DNA of 64,000 nt from an uncultured Gammaproteobacteria bacterium (GCA_964590105.1 CAZPYM010000005.1:19015-83014); one strand, 5' to 3'; positions 37,374 through 46,933 are shown, counted from the first letter of the stretch. Numbers and translations: made by a program. The notes: generated from the sequence alone by a model not told the origin.

Positions 37374-38018
37374 ATGTTTTGGTTTTTCAAAAAAAACAAG
37401 ATTGAAGAAAAAGAAGTAGAAAAAGAAAAAGTTACCAAAAAAAGCGTCGGTAAAAAGGCTAGCTCAAAAATGACTAATGCCCAAATTTTGCAAGCTTTGA
37501 ATCAAATGCAAAAAGAACTTGAGCGATTGAAACTGGCAGTGGGCGGTGGCGCGGTAGCGGTACCTGAAAGCGATGCCGACAAGATTGTGGAACAAGCTTT
37601 GGGCGAAATCCAGAGTCGGACTGAGGCTGTGCAGAAAAGCGGCAGTGAAAAAATTATTGAAGGAGTTTTTGATGGTCAGGGCATGGTGGGCGCGGATGGC
37701 GCGCGTTATGACGTGCCGGCAAATTATGCTTCCAAGTCAAAACTGGTTGAGGGCGACATTCTGAAGCTGACGATAAATAACATGGGAGCTTTTGTCTATA
37801 AACAAATAAAACCGATTGAACGTGAACGGATTGTTGGAATATTGGATCAGGACCCGCAAAATCTACAGTTTTACGCTACGGCCGGCGGAAAAAAATGGAA
37901 GCTGATTACCGCCAGCGTTACATATTTCAAGGGCGAATCCGGCGACGAAGTCGTTTTTCTGATACCGGCAGAAGGCGGGAGCAAATGGGCGGCAGTGGAG
38001 AATATTGTTAAAAAGTAG
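37374..38018 (+). CDS. Hypothetical protein with Lys/Glu-rich N-terminus
   Basis: ORF 47 nt downstream of the ATPase. Confidence 0.4.
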   Translation: MFWFFKKNKIEEKEVEKEKVTKKSVGKKASSKMTNAQILQALNQMQKELERLKLAVGGGAVAVPESDADKIVEQALGEIQSRTEAVQKSGSEKIIEGVFDGQGMVGADGARYDVPANYASKSKLVEGDILKLTINNMGAFVYKQIKPIERERIVGILDQDPQNLQFYATAGGKKWKLITASVTYFKGESGDEVVFLIPAEGGSKWAAVENIVKK

Positions 38019-38154
38019 AGAGGATGAATAATCCCTCGATTCGTCGTTCCTCTTTGCTCGGGACGACAAAGAGGAGGAAGAAACAGGATAAGCGATTCAC
38101 GCTACGCGATTAAAAATAAAAAGCGCTCCGTCATGGCGGGGCGCTTTGTAGTGG

Positions 38155-39033
38155 TTAAGCCAGCAAAAGCTGGTATTTTTCCAGCTGATATTCGGGAACT
38201 GCTTTCAGATCAGAGTGAATGGCGAAGCCGCTAAGGGCCCGGCCGCAACCGCATTGGTCTGAAACGATCACTTTGGCAAGGCCGGTGATGATCGGCGCTA
38301 TGAGCGGCTTGAAAGGTTCAAGTCCGGCAACCACTTCATCCGCGTCAACGCCTTTTTCGTCCATTCTCCAGGAATCATAGTCTGCCGGCAGGCAAATGAC
38401 TGCGTAGCACAATTGCGCTTCGCGCGCCAGTCTGGCTTCCGGCATGGCGGTCATGCCGACCACGTAAGCCTGGAGCGAATTTTTGAAGAAAAGCGATTCT
38501 GCTCTGGTTGAATAATTCGGCCCCTCAATGACTACATAGGTGCCATTGGCTTGTAGCGCGGTGGGGTTTCTTGAAGTAGACAATAGTCTAATCAAACAGG
38601 CGTGGAAAGCTGGACAGAACGGATCAGCCAGACTGACATGCGCCACCACATCATTGTCGCCTTGAAAAAAAGTGCGCGGACGAAGGCCGCGGGTAAAGTC
38701 AAACAACTGCGTTGGAATAACCAGGGTTTCTCCCGGCACGATATGTTCCTGCAGACTGCCCACGGCGCTGATAGACAGCAGGTGAGTGACGCCGCAGTGC
38801 TTCATTGCCCAGACGTTGGCCCGGTAGTTGATACTCGACGGACTGTAGACATGTCCGGCCCCATGCCGATTCAGGATGAAGGCAAAGTAGCCATTATCAA
38901 GCTGGACTTGCTTGATAGTGTCAGATGGCTGGCCAAATGGGGTTTCAATCTCGAATTCATCAATCACGGGGAAGGGTAAATGAACAAGAGCTGTCCCTCC
39001 GAAGATTCCTAGAATCGGCGATTTTGCGGTCAT
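38155..39033 (-). CDS. mtnP: S-methyl-5'-thioadenosine phosphorylase / purine nucleoside phosphorylase family (PNP_UDP_1)
   Basis: MTAKSPILGIFGGT...HGAGH...VTHLLSISAVGSL. RBS GGAGG 5 nt upstream. GC is higher than in the flanks. Confidence 0.65.
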   Translation of the reverse strand: MTAKSPILGIFGGTALVHLPFPVIDEFEIETPFGQPSDTIKQVQLDNGYFAFILNRHGAGHVYSPSSINYRANVWAMKHCGVTHLLSISAVGSLQEHIVPGETLVIPTQLFDFTRGLRPRTFFQGDNDVVAHVSLADPFCPAFHACLIRLLSTSRNPTALQANGTYVVIEGPNYSTRAESLFFKNSLQAYVVGMTAMPEARLAREAQLCYAVICLPADYDSWRMDEKGVDADEVVAGLEPFKPLIAPIITGLAKVIVSDQCGCGRALSGFAIHSDLKAVPEYQLEKYQLLLA

Positions 39034-39201
39034 GATTCCTCCATTTGTTGTTCGAAAAAAATACACAAACAAAAATATTTTACAGCAATAACTGAGATAA
39101 AGCAAGGCATTTATCCGGGTTGATTTTAAAGTATTTATTTGGTAAGATGTTCCTGTAACGCATAACGCGTAGCGTGTAACGCATAATGCATAATTTTTTC
39201 T

Positions 39202-40857
39202 ATGTCAATCGCATTATATAGGAAATACAGGCCAAAAACTTTTGCCGAGGTTTCCGGACAAAATCATATTAAGATTACTTTGCAAAATGAAATTGAGTCC
39301 GACCGGGTGGTCCATGCTTATCTTTTTTGCGGTCCTCGGGGAACCGGCAAGACCACTTTAGCCAGACTGTTGGCCAAGTCTGTCAATTGCCTGGATATTC
39401 AACCTGGCGGAGAGCCTTGCAACAAGTGCCAGAGTTGTCTTGACCTGATTGATAATAAAGCTCTTGATATTATTGAAATTGATGCTGCTTCCCATACCGG
39501 AGTTGATAATGTGCGCGAAAACGTTATTCAAAACGCTCGTTTTACGCCGACGAAAAATAAGTTTAAAGTTTTTATTATAGATGAAGTGCACATGCTATCC
39601 ACTCAAGCATTTAACGCGCTGTTAAAGACTCTGGAAGAGGCGCCAAAGCATGTGATATTTATTTTGGCTACTACTGAAGCTCACAAAGTACCGAGTACGA
39701 TTATTTCGCGTTGCCAAAGATTTGATTTCAAAAAAATAAATTTCCCTGAATTGGTGGATCGTCTGAAATGGATTCTTAGCATGGAAGAGGTGCGAGTTGA
39801 TGAAAAAGTACTCTTCATGATCGCCAAACAATCCGGCGGTTGCGTACGCGACGCGGAGAGTTTATTGGAACAGGTCATGTCACTTGGTGAAAAAAACATT
39901 ACCCTGGAACAGGCAGAATTGATTTTGCCGCAGGCGGATTTTGATTTGCTTTACAATTTGTTTTCCTGCATTGTCAAGAGGCAAACCGCGACGGCCATTG
40001 AGCTCGTTAATAAGTTGGTGGCCGATGGAATTGATATTGTGATCTTCACTAATGATTTTATTGAATTTTCGCGCCGGATTCTATTGTACAAAATCAATGG
40101 CAATCTGGAAGAATTTTCCAGAGAGATTGAAGATTCAGTAGCCGAAAAAATATTGCAATTGCTACCTCAAGTTTCAGAAGAAAGAATTGTGTCAATAATT
40201 ATGAAATTTATCAGCAGTAAGGAACTATTCAAGCAAAGTTATATTGTTCAGTTGCCTTTGGAAATCGCCATATTTGAATTGACCAGTACCGGCGGTGGCA
40301 GTCGGGTCCCGGAACCTAATTTAAAGCCAAAGGAAACATCGCCTGCTCAGCCGGTTTATCAGTCATTACCGGAGCCAGACAAAGCAGTGGCGGCGGAAAA
40401 GTCGGTCGTAACCTCGGCGGAAGCAACCGGGGAAGCTTCCGCGCCCGAAGAACAACAGCCTGAAGCGCAGGCGCAAGTAACCGGTCCGATTGATTTGACT
40501 GTGATTAATAGTATGTGGGGCAAGTTTCTAGAACTTGTAAAAGTGCAGAATTATTCTCTTTATATGTCGCTTCGCATGGGCAAGCCGATTTCTTTTGAAG
40601 GCAATGTTTTGTGTTTGGGCTTTATCTTTGAATTGCAAAAGCAAAGAATTGAATCCCATGAAAACAAAAAAATTATTGCCCAAATTTTTCAGCAGCTATT
40701 TTCCGAGCGCATTGAATATGAAACAAGGATTGAGCCTAGTTTGACCCTGGCTGATTTTTCCAATCACCAGAATGACAGTTCGCCGGCGCCAATGTTTGAA
40801 AATTCAATATCTGACTTGGCCAGCGAGTTTGACGGGGAAGTGGTTGATGAAATCTAA
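39202..40857 (+). CDS. dnaX: DNA polymerase III subunit gamma/tau
   Basis: YRPKTFAEVSGQ...GPRGTGKTT Walker A and the C..C..C zinc module CNKCQSC. Confidence 0.85.
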   Translation: MSIALYRKYRPKTFAEVSGQNHIKITLQNEIESDRVVHAYLFCGPRGTGKTTLARLLAKSVNCLDIQPGGEPCNKCQSCLDLIDNKALDIIEIDAASHTGVDNVRENVIQNARFTPTKNKFKVFIIDEVHMLSTQAFNALLKTLEEAPKHVIFILATTEAHKVPSTIISRCQRFDFKKINFPELVDRLKWILSMEEVRVDEKVLFMIAKQSGGCVRDAESLLEQVMSLGEKNITLEQAELILPQADFDLLYNLFSCIVKRQTATAIELVNKLVADGIDIVIFTNDFIEFSRRILLYKINGNLEEFSREIEDSVAEKILQLLPQVSEERIVSIIMKFISSKELFKQSYIVQLPLEIAIFELTSTGGGSRVPEPNLKPKETSPAQPVYQSLPEPDKAVAAEKSVVTSAEATGEASAPEEQQPEAQAQVTGPIDLTVINSMWGKFLELVKVQNYSLYMSLRMGKPISFEGNVLCLGFIFELQKQRIESHENKKIIAQIFQQLFSERIEYETRIEPSLTLADFSNHQNDSSPAPMFENSISDLASEFDGEVVDEI

Positions 40858-40903
40858 TTTATCTGTTATTATATTTTCGAAAATAAAAGCTTTTCCGTAG
40901 AGC

Positions 40904-40974
40904 TCGGAGGTCGTCTAATGGTAGGACGACAGGTTCTGGCCCTGTTAATCTAGGTTCGATTCCTAGCCTCCGAG
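40904..40974 (+). tRNA. tRNA-Gln (anticodon CTG)
   Basis: Cloverleaf: acceptor tcggagg/cctccga with U1-A72 and discriminator G73 as in bacterial tRNA-Gln. D-loop GG. Anticodon loop ttCTGgc. T-loop TTCGATT. No encoded CCA. Confidence 0.8.
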
Positions 40975-41012
40975 CTTTGCTGAAAAGTTTAGCCCAATTC
41001 AGAGATATAAGA

Positions 41013-41049
41013 AAAGAGCCTCATGATCGAAGGCTCTTTTCTTTTTTTT
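41013..41049 (+). terminator. Rho-independent terminator after the tRNA
   Basis: aagagcctc-atgatcg-aaggctctt followed by a T-run. Confidence 0.55.
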
Positions 41050-41057
41050 ACGTTTTT

Positions 41058-42017
41058 TTAATTATTGAACGGACCTTGTATCTTGATTTTTTTACTGGCA
41101 TCTTTGCGGGCTTGCTCAGTGACCCAACGTCGTTTTGTAGGATCAACGTTGGCGCTGTGCTCTGGATAAGCTTCTTCAGCTTCCTTGGCGGCCACTCGGT
41201 CTTTTTTTCGGCTGAATAATTTTTTGAACCAGCCAAATGGACCTTTCAGGCTTTTTTCATATTCATTAGCCCCAGCCTCCAGCTTTTGCGCGGCAGCGAT
41301 TCTGTCAGCTTCAGCTCGAGCCAATTCTTTTTGTCTGTCTAGTTTAGCTTTGGCCGCGTCTTCTACTTCGCTGGCCTCAATGTCGGTTTTTATTTCCGCC
41401 ACTTGCTGTTCAAGGCTTTTCTTTTTCGGCAGTTCAATGCCTTCCCAGCGGGCTTCAAGCTCATTTCTGGCTTTGATGTCATCAGCTGCGCCTTCGTTTA
41501 ACAATTTTAGGGTTTCCTGTAGATCTGAAATTTCTTTTTGCATTTCAGCGGCCTGCTTGCGTAAGCTATTTAGTTCAAATACCTTGTCCGTTGCCTCTAA
41601 TCTCTGGGCGGCGGTACTATTTTTTTTGTCCATTTGCATGGCATCGTACTTTTCATAATCAGCATCAATGTCGCCGTTCAGTTCATAAAATTTGGCTAGT
41701 TTTTCCGAAGCCTGAACCAATTTGGTGGTGTTGTACCATTTTTTGTAAAGAGTTGTGGTTTTGTCCCAGCCCTTTGTGCCCATTGAGCGCATGTATTTTT
41801 GATTTTCCTGAAATAAAGCGTTTGCCTCAGCCGCAGCTTTGGTTTGTATGTCTTCGTACAGCTTAATTTGAGGAGCTGATACAAAAATTGATCGATCAAC
41901 AGCTTCTTTTTCACGGCCTTCACCTTCGACCGTATCTAGAGCGGCTTTTTCCTGATCAGCTAATTCACTTTTACTTTTTTTTAATTCTTCTGTTTTCATA
42001 GGATTTTCTATTGACAT
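41058..42017 (-). CDS. Coiled-coil Lys/Glu/Ala-rich hypothetical protein
   Basis: Long ORF that is predominantly heptad-like. Confidence 0.45.
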   Translation of the reverse strand: MSIENPMKTEELKKSKSELADQEKAALDTVEGEGREKEAVDRSIFVSAPQIKLYEDIQTKAAAEANALFQENQKYMRSMGTKGWDKTTTLYKKWYNTTKLVQASEKLAKFYELNGDIDADYEKYDAMQMDKKNSTAAQRLEATDKVFELNSLRKQAAEMQKEISDLQETLKLLNEGAADDIKARNELEARWEGIELPKKKSLEQQVAEIKTDIEASEVEDAAKAKLDRQKELARAEADRIAAAQKLEAGANEYEKSLKGPFGWFKKLFSRKKDRVAAKEAEEAYPEHSANVDPTKRRWVTEQARKDASKKIKIQGPFNN

Positions 42018-42270
42018 AATTATTTCTTAGTTCGATGAATTAAATTAGCAAAATTATATAAGTTAAATACTTTAATTTATTATATCAAAATTAAAGGAAA
42101 TTATCTAGTTTTTACTATATAATTATAGCATATGTAAATATATTTGTCAATACGTTGGCTAAAATTAGTTAAAATTGCTCATTGGCAGGATAATTTTTTT
42201 GTAATATAATAGGGGCATAAACCTGAATGATCAACAAAGAATCGTAGATTATTATCAGCTCTATTAAAAT

Positions 42271-42660
42271 ATGGATTATTTTAACGAACTCAAATTATTA
42301 AACTTGCCGCCGGGAAAATTTGCGATTTTTGGTAGTGGTCCCATGGCTGTCAGGGGAATTAGAAATTCCGCTGATCTTGATATTATTGTAAAGCAGGATT
42401 TATGGCAAGCGCTCGTTATTAAGTTTCCGCTGGCTTTGCAGCACAATCCAACTTGTCTCGAAATTGGCAATATTCAAATTTACAAAGATTGGCTTGAACT
42501 ATCAGATAGAATTGATGAAATGATTGATAGCGCGGAGATAATCAAAGGATTTCCTTTTGTTCAGCTTAAATATGTTGTGCAATGGAAAAAGCAGTTTGGC
42601 AGGGAAAAAGATATTAAGGATATCGAATTAATTCAAAAATATAATAATGATCATAAATAA
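42271..42660 (+). CDS. Minimal nucleotidyltransferase-fold protein (Pol-beta superfamily), putative
   Basis: GSGPMAVRGIRNSADLDIIV fits the hG[GS]...DhD NTase pattern. Confidence 0.35.
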   Translation: MDYFNELKLLNLPPGKFAIFGSGPMAVRGIRNSADLDIIVKQDLWQALVIKFPLALQHNPTCLEIGNIQIYKDWLELSDRIDEMIDSAEIIKGFPFVQLKYVVQWKKQFGREKDIKDIELIQKYNNDHK

Positions 42661-42709
42661 ACATTGTAAAAAACATTGGGATTTAGAGACACTTATTATT
42701 CGGGAAAAT

Positions 42710-43885
42710 ATGTATAAGCAATTTAACGCAATTATTATTCACTACGATGAAATAGGTTTAAAAGGAAAAAACCAGAAATTTTTTATTGGTCGCTTGATCA
42801 GTAATGTTCAGAAGCTTTACTCGAACATTGATTCGGCAAAAAAGATACAGGTTAAAAAAGGCGAGGGCAAAATAATTATTTCAGGGAATATTCAGAAAGA
42901 TAATTTTGATAAAATGGCTCTGTTGCCGGGAATTTCCAATTTTGCGCCGGCAATTGTCTGTGGCACTAAGCTGGAGGATATTAAACAAGCAGCCAATCAA
43001 ATTGTTCAAAATTATCAACCAAAAACATTTAAAATTGAAACAACCAGAAGTTATAAACAGTTTGAATTGAACTCACAAGAATTGAGCAGGGAAGTCGGCG
43101 GTTATGTTCTTGCCGGGGGGCGTGATTTGAGTGTTGATCTTCACAAACCAGACCTAACCATAAAAATTGAGCTGGCAAAAATTCAAACCTGTGTTCTTGG
43201 GAAAAAAGAGCAGGGGATTGGCGGCTTGCCGGTCGGGACTGCGGGCAGGGTGATTTGTCTGCTTTCCGGCGGCATTGATAGTCCGGTGGCGGCATCGCAA
43301 ATAATGAAAAGAGGAGCGCAAGTGATTTTCGCGCATTTTCATAATCAAACTATTAATAAAAAAGGAGTGGAGAACAAAATCAAAAATATTGTCCGACGCT
43401 TGGCGCGGATTCAGGGAGAATCGACTTTGTACATTATTCCATTTGCTGATTTGCAGAGGCAGGTGATCGCCGGCATTCCCGCGGACTTACGAATGATAGT
43501 CTATCGAAGGTTAATGTTTAGAATTGCCGAGCGGATTGCTGTCAATGAAAAAGCCAAAGCTCTTGTCACTGGCGATAGTTTGTCGCAGGTCGCTTCGCAA
43601 ACTCTGGAAAATTTGGAAGTTATTTATAATGCTTCAAATATGCTGAAGCTGGCGCCTCTGATCGGTATGAATAAAATTGAGATTACAAATTTGGCTAAGA
43701 AAATTGGAACTTACGATGTTTCCGTGGAGCCGTATGAAGATTGTTGCAACCTGATGATCGCCAAGCACCCGGAGACTCATTCTAAGCTAAAAGATGTGTT
43801 AAAGGCGGAGGGTAATTTGGATGTTAAGAGTTTGATTGAAGAGGCTGTTATTAATTCACAATTATTAATTGAATTTCCAATGTAA
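42710..43885 (+). CDS. thiI: tRNA 4-thiouridine synthase / sulfur carrier transferase ThiI (THUMP plus PP-loop)
   Basis: PP-loop LLSGGIDSPVAA. THUMP-like N-terminus YDEIGLKGKNQ. Confidence 0.85.
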   Translation: MYKQFNAIIIHYDEIGLKGKNQKFFIGRLISNVQKLYSNIDSAKKIQVKKGEGKIIISGNIQKDNFDKMALLPGISNFAPAIVCGTKLEDIKQAANQIVQNYQPKTFKIETTRSYKQFELNSQELSREVGGYVLAGGRDLSVDLHKPDLTIKIELAKIQTCVLGKKEQGIGGLPVGTAGRVICLLSGGIDSPVAASQIMKRGAQVIFAHFHNQTINKKGVENKIKNIVRRLARIQGESTLYIIPFADLQRQVIAGIPADLRMIVYRRLMFRIAERIAVNEKAKALVTGDSLSQVASQTLENLEVIYNASNMLKLAPLIGMNKIEITNLAKKIGTYDVSVEPYEDCCNLMIAKHPETHSKLKDVLKAEGNLDVKSLIEEAVINSQLLIEFPM

Positions 43886-43931
43886 GTCGTAGTTGAAAAT
43901 TGAAAATTATAAATTTATTGAAAAATAAAAA

Positions 43932-44141
43932 TTGGAAATTCGAAATCATATGGAATGTAGGCAAAACAAAAATCTAAAACATTGCAACTGCGCTTATGAG
44001 CCTTGCCCGCGCAAGGGAATTTGCTGCGAGTGCTTGAAATATCACTTGAAGAACAGAGAACTGCCGGCGTGTTGTTTTTCAGCTGAAGAGGAAAAGACTT
44101 TTGACCGGTCAATTGAGACCTTTATAAGGAGTAATTCTTAG
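43932..44141 (+). CDS. Small Cys-rich protein (9 Cys in 69 aa), hypothetical metal-binding
   Basis: CNCAYEPCPRKGICCECLKYH...PACCF. Confidence 0.4.
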   Translation: MEIRNHMECRQNKNLKHCNCAYEPCPRKGICCECLKYHLKNRELPACCFSAEEEKTFDRSIETFIRSNS

Positions 44142-44317
44142 GTTTGGGGAAGTGCGGGGGAGTCGGATGTTCATTCTTCTGAGGCGGGGGAGTAGCCACT
44201 TCCTTTTTTTATTTTATTCGTAGCCATTTGTAGATTTATATCAGATTAGTAATCGGGCGCTTGCCTGTGGATAACTTTTTGACCCGCAACCCTATCAATA
44301 ATACAATGCAGATAGGA

Positions 44318-44332
44318 ATTATTCTTAATAAT
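44318..44332. promoter_or_regulatory. 6-3-6 AT palindrome (ATTATT ctt AATAAT), candidate Fur-box-like operator
   Basis: Perfect inverted hexamers 20 nt upstream of the fur start codon. Confidence 0.3.
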
Positions 44333-44351
44333 GTAATTTGTTTATATACTT

Positions 44352-44756
44352 ATGCCAGATTTTCAGTTTAAACCTCGCACAACCAATCAACGCCAAGTGA
44401 TTTACGATTATGTTGTGGCTACTTCCCTATCGCATCCGACTGCTGAAATAATTTTTCAGGCAGTGAGAAAGAAATTGTCGCGGATCAGTTTTGGTACTGT
44501 TTACAGAAATCTGCTGGTTTTGGAAGGGCAAGGATTGATTGTACCTCTATATTACACAAAAGATCACGTCAGGTATGACGCGATAGTTGACAATCATTAT
44601 CATTTTATCTGCCAGAAATGCGATAAAGTGAAAAATGTTAGTTTGGAGGAGATGCTGGAATTGGAAAAGCAAATTGCAAAAAGGCATGGTTGGGAAGTCA
44701 CGGGGCATGCTTTGTATTTTTATGGTGTTTGCGCGGATTGCCGGCAGGTAAAATAA
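44352..44756 (+). CDS. fur: Fur-family transcriptional regulator (Fur/Zur/PerR)
   Basis: FGTVYRNL, HYHFICQKCDKV, and the C-terminal CADC. Confidence 0.8.
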   Translation: MPDFQFKPRTTNQRQVIYDYVVATSLSHPTAEIIFQAVRKKLSRISFGTVYRNLLVLEGQGLIVPLYYTKDHVRYDAIVDNHYHFICQKCDKVKNVSLEEMLELEKQIAKRHGWEVTGHALYFYGVCADCRQVK

Positions 44757-44821
44757 GAAGTTAAAATAATTTCAAATAAATAAAAAAACCTGCAAGACGA
44801 GGTTTTTTATTATTTTAATTA

Positions 44822-45343
44822 TCAATTGCAGGCAAAAGATTTCTCAATGCTTTCAAAAGCATTTTTGTTTTTGCTATGATCTTCGTTTGCTTCCTGAAAA
44901 ATCAAGCCGGTAGATGCGCTAGGACAATCTTTGGCAATAATATATCCTTGATGCTTGATGTCCTGCACTTTGAAACTGTAATTAACACGATTATTTTTGG
45001 CATCAATTTCCCCAAATTTAATTTCTATGCCGTGATCTTCAGCGTATGTTTTTTGATAATATACTTTCAGTATTTCAAGCATTTGTTCTGCCGGCAGTGA
45101 ATTGGTTGTCCATTTGACCAGCACTAGCCCGCTTTCGCTTGATCCTTGTTTTTCGCACACTGCGAAATATTCATTTTCCAAAATTTGCTTATCTTCGGTT
45201 ATTTTCCATTCCGCCGGACAATCAAACCGAATGCCGGCCTTTGAATAAGTGGCGCCTTTTTCTTCAACGGTTTGCTTCGGTTCGGATGAACAGCCAGTCA
45301 GCAGGACAAGCAGAACGGCTGATAATATAAATAAAGTTTTATT
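44822..45343 (-). CDS. Lipoprotein, hypothetical
   Basis: MNKTLFILSAVLLVLLTGC lipobox. Confidence 0.5.
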   Translation of the reverse strand, partial: NKTLFILSAVLLVLLTGCSSEPKQTVEEKGATYSKAGIRFDCPAEWKITEDKQILENEYFAVCEKQGSSESGLVLVKWTTNSLPAEQMLEILKVYYQKTYAEDHGIEIKFGEIDAKNNRVNYSFKVQDIKHQGYIIAKDCPSASTGLIFQEANEDHSKNKNAFESIEKSFACN

Positions 45344-45693
45344 CATAAAGATTATTTGTTTGTACATTTTGATTGATAACATTGACAGGGTTCGGGATCG
45401 CTCGATGCAGTCCAGGTCTTTGCCACAGGTTTTTTCCCACCATTTCAGATTAACGCATTCAGTTGCCCCTTTGCAAGCGCAGTAGCCGTAATCTGAGGCT
45501 AAAAGGGGTTATTTGCCTCGGGAATCGTGGTCTCGGCACTGTTTTGCGCCCTGGAGTAGCCGCTGACAATGAAAACCAGGAATATAATTAAAATGATTTT
45601 TTCATAGGTAATTAAAGCTCAAATTCTATTTCCATTTTAGCATAATTCGTGTATTATATGAAGGATGGGAGAAAGAAGATAGATTCTTTTTTT

Positions 45694-45924
45694 ATGTGCT
45701 TAACCAAGCCTGTGCAAATAATTTCAATTGATAGTGAGACTGCTGAGATTATGGACGATCACGGCGCTCTACGAACCATTATTGTTGCCGCGGTTCAGGA
45801 TGTTCAGGTCGGCGATTGGGTTTTAGTAAATGCAAATCTGGCAGTTCAAAAGATTAATGAAAAAGAAGCGCTTGAACTTAAAGAGCTTGTTAAGTTGATG
45901 GACTCAAACCAGTTAATCAGTTAA
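45694..45924 (+). CDS. HypC/HupF-like hydrogenase-maturation-factor-fold small protein (orphan)
   Basis: Begins MCLTKPVQIISID... then VGDWVLVNANLAVQKI, which is the HypC pattern (MC(L/I)xxP...VGDYVLVHVGFA). The in-frame Met 45 nt upstream makes the start ambiguous. Confidence 0.4.
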   Translation: MCLTKPVQIISIDSETAEIMDDHGALRTIIVAAVQDVQVGDWVLVNANLAVQKINEKEALELKELVKLMDSNQLIS

Positions 45925-45970
45925 TCTAGTTAATCAACGAATTAACTAATTAACCAATTAACTAATTAAC
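45912..45970. repeat. Inverted array of short repeats: 3x GTTAATC followed by 4x ATTAAC (its reverse complement)
   Basis: gttaatcagttaatctagttaatcaacgaattaactaattaaccaattaactaattaac spans the stop of the HypC-like ORF and lies upstream of the EamA gene. Confidence 0.8.
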
Positions 45971-45976
45971 ATTTAT

Positions 45977-46897
45977 ATGACCAACACAAAAAAGGGAATT
46001 TATCTTGCTTTGGCCACAGCGCTCGTGAGCGGCGTGGCTGTTTTCCTAAGTAAATTCGCAACCGCCGCAGTGGGCGATTCAAATGTTTTTACGACCGCGA
46101 AAAATATTGTCGTGGCTTTGATTTTAAGTCTGCTAATCCTGACTCCGGCGCTCTGGACAAAACTGAAAAGTTTGAAAAAGGGCGATTGGATCAGATTGGC
46201 GGCGATTGGAATAGTGGGTGGGAGTATCCCCTTTCTGCTATTTTTCAAGGGGTTGTCAATGTCCGGCTCGGTAAATTCAGCTTTTATTCACAAAACATTA
46301 TTTATTTGGGTAATGCTCCTGGCAATTCCCTTTCTTAAAGAAAAATTTTCCAGGATTCAATTGGCGGCGTTCGGGCTACTTGTTGTAGGGAATTTTTTGT
46401 TAGTCGGCATCAAATCATGGAGCTTTGGCAGTGCTGATTTGATGATTCTCGGCGCCACATTGCTATGGGCTGTGGAATATATTATTGCCAAAAAAGTTTT
46501 GGTCAGGATTGAGTCCAAAATTGTTGCCTGGTCGCGAATGTTTTTTGGTTCAATAATCCTGATTGGCTTTGTGTTATTTATTGGCAAGGGAGCGGCTTTA
46601 GTCAGTATGAATACGACCCAATGGGCTTGGATTGGCTTAATTTCGGTCTTTTTGCTGGGCTATGTTTTGACCTGGTATGAAGCCCTGAAACTCCTGCCGG
46701 CTTCTATTGTCACGAGTGTTCTCGTCATTGCTTCGCCGATTACCACGCTTTTGAACACAATTTTTGTTCAGCACAAATTTTCTTTGAATCAGGTTTTTGG
46801 CAGTCTGATTATAGCTGTTTCGGTTGGCTTGATATACTATGGATTTGTGAAGTTTCAGGCGCAAGAAAAGCTTGAACAGGTGGCTCTTAAAAATTAG
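45977..46897 (+). CDS. EamA/DMT-family transporter (10 TM)
   Basis: Two tandem 5-TM EamA-like halves. Confidence 0.7.
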   Translation: MTNTKKGIYLALATALVSGVAVFLSKFATAAVGDSNVFTTAKNIVVALILSLLILTPALWTKLKSLKKGDWIRLAAIGIVGGSIPFLLFFKGLSMSGSVNSAFIHKTLFIWVMLLAIPFLKEKFSRIQLAAFGLLVVGNFLLVGIKSWSFGSADLMILGATLLWAVEYIIAKKVLVRIESKIVAWSRMFFGSIILIGFVLFIGKGAALVSMNTTQWAWIGLISVFLLGYVLTWYEALKLLPASIVTSVLVIASPITTLLNTIFVQHKFSLNQVFGSLIIAVSVGLIYYGFVKFQAQEKLEQVALKN

Positions 46898-46933
46898 AGA
46901 TTATATAAAATTACAATTAAAAAACGCCCAACT

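Noticed and set aside
41185-41866. ORFs antisense to the coiled-coil gene 41058..42017
   Set aside because: Low-complexity antisense frames.
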